Shown here piece after piece: positions 58,889 through 64,000 of a DNA stretch of 64,000 nucleotides. The stretch is taken from positions 930,001 through 994,000 of the forward strand of contig CP142735.1 in assembly GCA_036630325.1 (NCBI GenBank). Reading direction: 5' to 3'. Below the pieces are notes generated by a model. It saw nothing but the letters and a program-made list of their open reading frames with translations. It did not search any database and was not told the DNA's origin. This stretch comes from Vairimorpha necatrix. Its lineage: Eukaryota. Each line of letters opens with the position of its first letter. Within the stretch, counting starts at the first letter, position 1. Position numbers and translations under genes: made by a program.

Positions 58889-61465
58889 TTTATTAAAATT
58901 TATTTCATTTTACATATATTATCGAGCGTCATTTAATCTATTGATTGCGAAACAATTTTATATTTATTAAAAATCTATCTTTAAACTAAATTAAACGATA
59001 AAGTTATATTATTTAGAGAATCTTGTCTAAGACTGACTTTTTTCTCTTCTAAAAAACCCTTTTAAAAAAAATCAAAAAGCTAGTGAGATCAGTTTCATAC
59101 GAAGACATGATGCTACAAAATATCCTTAATCATAAATTTTTTTTACGTTTAAGAGCTTTATTTCCAAATACGTAAATTGTGGTTCTAATATTGTTCAACA
59201 TAAATTTTCATTTTATTTTATTTGCCTTAAATAATATTTTCCAAAATTATTCCTTTTTCTTTTATTCCAACAATTATCTAAAGATGATAAGAGAATAACA
59301 ACAGCTCAAAAACAAAATGTCTAGTCATTACGCCTTATTCAAGGCCAAGGAACAACTTATGGCCACCGGATCAATTAAATAAATATAATTCCTATAAAAA
59401 CAGTATTGCGGGGTGAGAATTTTAGAATGCCACTTACTATCCTCTCATCCCTGGTATCACCACCATACCGCATTTTTTAATTTCTTTTTAGATACAACAT
59501 CATATTTAATTTGAACAGACATTTTTAATTAATACTGCCTCCACTACCCATTCATGATAACTTTATAAAGATTTACAAAGTTACGTTCTTAATTTGATTG
59601 AATTTATGATTTTTTTATGTGTCAAGAAAATCAATTTTTTATTTAAACATTTTTTAAGAAAAAAATTTCTAAGATTTTTTTCTTATAGATATTTATTTTT
59701 GTAAAGAATGGCATGGGCAACCAGAAGAGAAATCTAAGTGTGGTATCCACACCCGAGAAGCGTGTCTAAAATAATATTGTGAATTTGGTTAATGTTACTT
59801 GGTGTATATTTCGTCTTCGTCGTCATTATCGTACCCTTCTAAGGATAAAATATTTTTTTACTTGTAGGAGGAGAAACTGAAATATGGAGGGAAATTTTTA
59901 TGAATATATCTTACGCTATTTGAAATAATACCATACGTCATGAAATAGGACGGAATTGTGACAAAAACCATAGCAATTATATTAATGCCATCAGCCTATC
60001 GACTAGTACCGAAGACTACATCCAAATGAGAATTATAAAGAAAACCCTAAGGAGCATCTCCTTTGAACACCGGCCGGGACTCGGTGAAAATGGATCTGGA
60101 ACCAAGAAGATAGTAGAGGTAGCTAGAAGGTGGTGTGATTAAATAGGATGTGCGGCAGTGGGGGAATTGAAAAAAGTGTACCCAATAATAGTTTCATAAA
60201 TTAACTAACTTAAGTGATATTCGGAATATTAAACTAAGAAACTTTTTAGCGTCTACACCAATGGAAGGCTGACACATGCCAGAAGAGCCGTTAATAAAAA
60301 TTATTGTGGAACTTGTAAAAAACTGACCAAATAATTCAATGATAACCATAATTATACTGACTTAATTATCATTTGTGCCATCTGTTTTGCAATTAATTTC
60401 TTTTTAATATGTTTTTAAATTTAGTCGTGTTAAATCGTAGCGTGATATTTTTTTACAATTTTTGTTCCTTACCTATATGACATTACTCCCTACAAATCAA
60501 ATACGATCTCAATAGAAATAAAAAATTCCAAAAAGATCTAACAAAGTTAATGATAGTATTAATATATATATATCATATAGGTTACTTCTTTATTATTTTC
60601 TACATTATTAATTTGTTGTTTTCTTTTTTCAATGTTTGATAAATAATATATTAGGTAAAAAAAATTAACTGATACATTTACATTTTTTGAATATTTGATG
60701 ACGAAGTATGATGGGAAATACAATATTTGCAAATGATATGTTAGGTATTTAGATGTATAAATTTTAGTGGGACAAAGACGAGTTTTCATTTTTTTATTTG
60801 TTTTCGGAGATGGAGGAACGGTTCCTACAAAAAAATCATTTGTGTTTTACAGCATACTAATTGACCTATGAGAGTTTAAATGTTACAAATCGAATTTTTA
60901 AAACAAAATTCGTGTTTAGATAATTTAATCTACCAATCAGAAAATTATTTAAACTTATAAAATTCTTCTTTTTCATAGACACAACATAAACAATATTTCT
61001 AGAACTTATTTTTTTTACATTTCCATTGTTAATTAAGTAACATTATTTTTAAAATGTTGAATTATTCAAAAAAAACATCATAATTATTATAAATTTTAAA
61101 TTTACGGAGATTTAATAGATCAGTGGATTTAAAACCCAAAAATACGTTGAATATAGGTTATTAGCAATTCATTCTACTTTATATTCAGATATTCTCTAAA
61201 ATTTCTCTTTTTTTATTATTGATCTAGAAAATATAAAAAACAGTTCCTTATGATAAAACGAAAAAAAAACTCATTTTGATAAAAGAGAAAATTAAAAAGA
61301 GATCAACACACATCGTGTAAGATGATAAATATAATAACTACAGGTTTTTATAGTCTTATTTTTCAATTTTAAAAAACGAAGTTAGGCGTTAAAATATTAT
61401 GGATGGTGAAATATATAACGAAATTTTACAAATAACGACTTTGATCATAAAAAATTAAATAATTT

Positions 61466-62622
61466 GGTTAAATTGCGATGTTACCCCCCCCACCCCTAAA
61501 AAAATAAAAAAAGGGGAAAAAATAAAAAAAAGGGGAAAACTAAAATTTTAGAAAACTAATATATAAAAAAGAGGAATTATTTTTATTTCTTCTTGAAAAA
61601 AATATATTGAAGGTACCAATATGCAATAAGTGCATGACACCCATGACCAAAATTAGAAATAATTTGGACAAATATCGTTGTTACTTACGACGAAATGGGA
61701 GAAAATGCTCAAACAAAGGTAACATTTACAAAGAAAGCATTTTTAAAAGTTCTAGATTAGATATCGAAGATCTTTTAATTTTGCTGTGTGAATGGGTTAA
61801 AGGTGTAAGCAATGTTTCGGCTACTATCGAATTGGATATAGATAGTAGTACCGTATCTCGCTGGTTTACGCGTTTTAATAACGCTGTATTCTTATCCTAT
61901 TTCAACTACCTTCAAAACAAAACCATGGGAGGTTTAAATTGCGTAGTTGAAATAGACGAGACATTGCTTGTTAAAAGTAAAAACCATAACGGTAGAATCC
62001 TTCAATACCAAGTTTGGGCCGTTGGTGGAGTTGTACGAGGAGACATCAATTCTTTTTTTTTCGAAATTGTTGAAAATCGATCAAGAACTACTCTTGTCGA
62101 TTTAATAAAACGAAAAATCGCACCTGGATCTACAATTATTACTGATTGTTGGCGGGGTTATGAAGGGTTTTCGGAACTATGTCCGGATGATAACTATTTA
62201 CATTTAACTGTAAATCATAGACAAAATTTTGTAAATCCAACAACAGGCCACCACACCCAAACAATTGAAGGAATGTGGTCTGTAATTAAAAAGGATTTGC
62301 GCAAAGAAGGAACAAGCCATGGTTCTTTAATGAATCTAATTCGAAAACTTTTTTAGCTCGTTTTAAGTTAATTTATAGAGAATCACTACTTGAAAAAATG
62401 TTATGCTTTTTTGAAGTTCAAAATATTTGTTTTTTAAATTACGAGTTAGCCCCTGAATTTGATGTTGAAATAATTGAATAAATTTTAGTTTTGTCTTTTT
62501 TTAATTTTTTCCCCTTTTTTTAATTTTTTCCCCTTTTTTTTATTTTTTCCCCTTTTTTTTATTTTTTCCCCTTTTTTTATTTTTTTAGGGGTGGGGGGGG
62601 GGGGTAACATCGCAATTTAACC
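61466..62622 (+). mobile_element. Merlin (IS1595/IS1016-like) DNA transposon, near intact
   Basis: TIRs ggttaaattgcgatgttacccc...cacccctaaaaaaa; perfect 8-bp TSD aataattt (61458-61465, 62623-62630); subterminal A-rich+gggg repeats (2 left, 4 right). Confidence 0.95.
61544..62481 (+). pseudogene. Merlin transposase; no upstream ATG and an apparent 1-nt frameshift near the 3' end
   Basis: CNKC zinc-finger start, VEIDET, IITDCWRGY, HLTVNH, HTQTIEGMWS; frame open from 61544 with no ATG before the Cys motif; TAG at 62354-62356 ends a T6 run, and a shifted frame continues to TAA at 62479-62481. Confidence 0.8.
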
Positions 62623-64000
62623 AATAATTTCTTCAATAAAATCAAAAACTTTTACTTGGAATGTTCATTTAGTTTAATTATAATTATTTAAATTAGATGC
62701 TTACAATTTGACGAATTCGATTACATGCAAATCAAATTTAAAAGAAGTGAAGTAATTCATGTATAATGCTTTAAAGTATAAATATTCATAAAAAAATGAA
62801 ACTTGATAGTTATTGTGATTAGACACGAGGTCTGATCTAAAATAAAGACGAAGTATCAATTACAGATTTATTTGGATTGTTAGTTATACATACGGTGAAG
62901 GGTAAGGGCTGGAAAATAAATAAATAGGAAATATTTGGAATAGACCATTTCGAAAGTCTATTCCGAAAAGAGTAAATTGCTAAATAAAAGTAACTTTCTA
63001 AATGCTCGTATTCAATTTTAATTATTCACCTGTCACTTTTATCATCCTTCACATTTGTATTAAATAAGAATCAATCACATTTGGGGATTCTTATTGTCAG
63101 CTTAGGTTCGTCGCCTGACGGTTATTATTGTTACATCACAAAATCGTGTAGTATCTAACGCGTATGGATTAATTTAAGCTTAAAGTGATGTATTCGCGAA
63201 ATGAGCCAATTATATGTCTACTTAAAAATATAATAATTCAAAAAAAAAATGATTATTTTATTAATAATGAACAAAAAAGGAAAATACCATGCTAAGTATT
63301 TTATAATTATTTTCCATGCCCTCTTTTGGAAATGTTTTTACAAAGTTTAAGTAGCCAATCAAATACTTACATTTGTCGAAAGATTATTGGTCGGTTTTTG
63401 ATCGACTACGACATAATAAAATAATATTATGTATATGAACTCATATGATATCATAATTTTACATTTTCGGATTATTTCGAATTATGATTTTGAACTAATC
63501 ATATAAAAAGATCTAGAGTTACGTATAAAACAGAAATACGTCAGAACGAGAGATTGGGATTTCCCAACTGAAAAATACATTATTAGATGAAACTTACCAA
63601 TAACTCTTCTTTTTTGTTTATTTTAAAAAATAGTTTTTCAACCTCCTTATATGATTGTAAACATAAAGAAGATTACTTTTGTAGTTGTGTTACTAATTTT
63701 TGGGCTGATTACTTGGTATTCTATAAATCCAGCTAAATCTTCAGCAAAATCATCTCTACAATCAAAAAAAAACAGTTCATTAGATATTGAAGATATGTTT
63801 ACTGTCTACAAGAAAGTGAATAAAAACAACCCGGAAGAACATCTTAGTCGTTTGCTTTTTTCTAATTTTATAAAAGCTTTGTATTATGTTAGTAAATTAG
63901 ACATAAAGTCACACATTATATTGTTTTGTTTGGTTGACAATGCGAATCTATACGATAAAAACAAAAAAGTAAGCGTTAAATTATATATCACATCCGATGT

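Noticed and set aside
5385-60789. Isolated 60-85 aa F/L/I/K-rich ORFs in intergenic DNA
   Set aside because: Expected by chance in AT-rich DNA; mostly non-ATG starts and no CCC context
63146-63156. GTGTAGTATCT, identical to the U2 snRNA branch-site region
   Set aside because: Flanking U2 elements (GCTAAGATCAA upstream, GTTCT and stem IIa downstream) are absent

Overview
Very AT-rich eukaryotic DNA from a microsporidian, most likely Nosematidae (Nosema/Vairimorpha-like). The basis is compact, apparently intronless and highly diverged housekeeping genes, most with the T-rich + CCC signal just upstream of the ATG. Gene-dense blocks (15.3-22.6 kb, 28.3-42.8 kb, 45.2-50.7 kb) encode Rpn5, Uba1, RPL7, haspin, CK1, Sly1, a syntaxin, a Tim17-family protein, an eIF3a-like protein, RPL3, Pwp2, RPA3, a homeodomain protein, SmD3, peroxiredoxin, a subtilisin, a RhoGAP-like protein and two tRNAs (Lys-CTT, Gly-GCC); a Kin1 kinase lies alone at 3.7-5.4 kb. 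Gene-poor stretches hold transposon material: a near-intact Merlin element, a deleted Merlin of another family and a decayed Tc1/IS630 element. The most notable unannotated structure is a ~770-790 bp tRNA-headed, A-tailed SINE-like retroposon present three times at different ages. One copy has a perfect 15-bp TSD, and another is inserted in reverse orientation inside an older copy of the same family. Also present are a tandem pair of lineage-specific putatively secreted proteins and a candidate structured ncRNA after RPL3. All protein calls come from motif recognition by eye; no searches were run.
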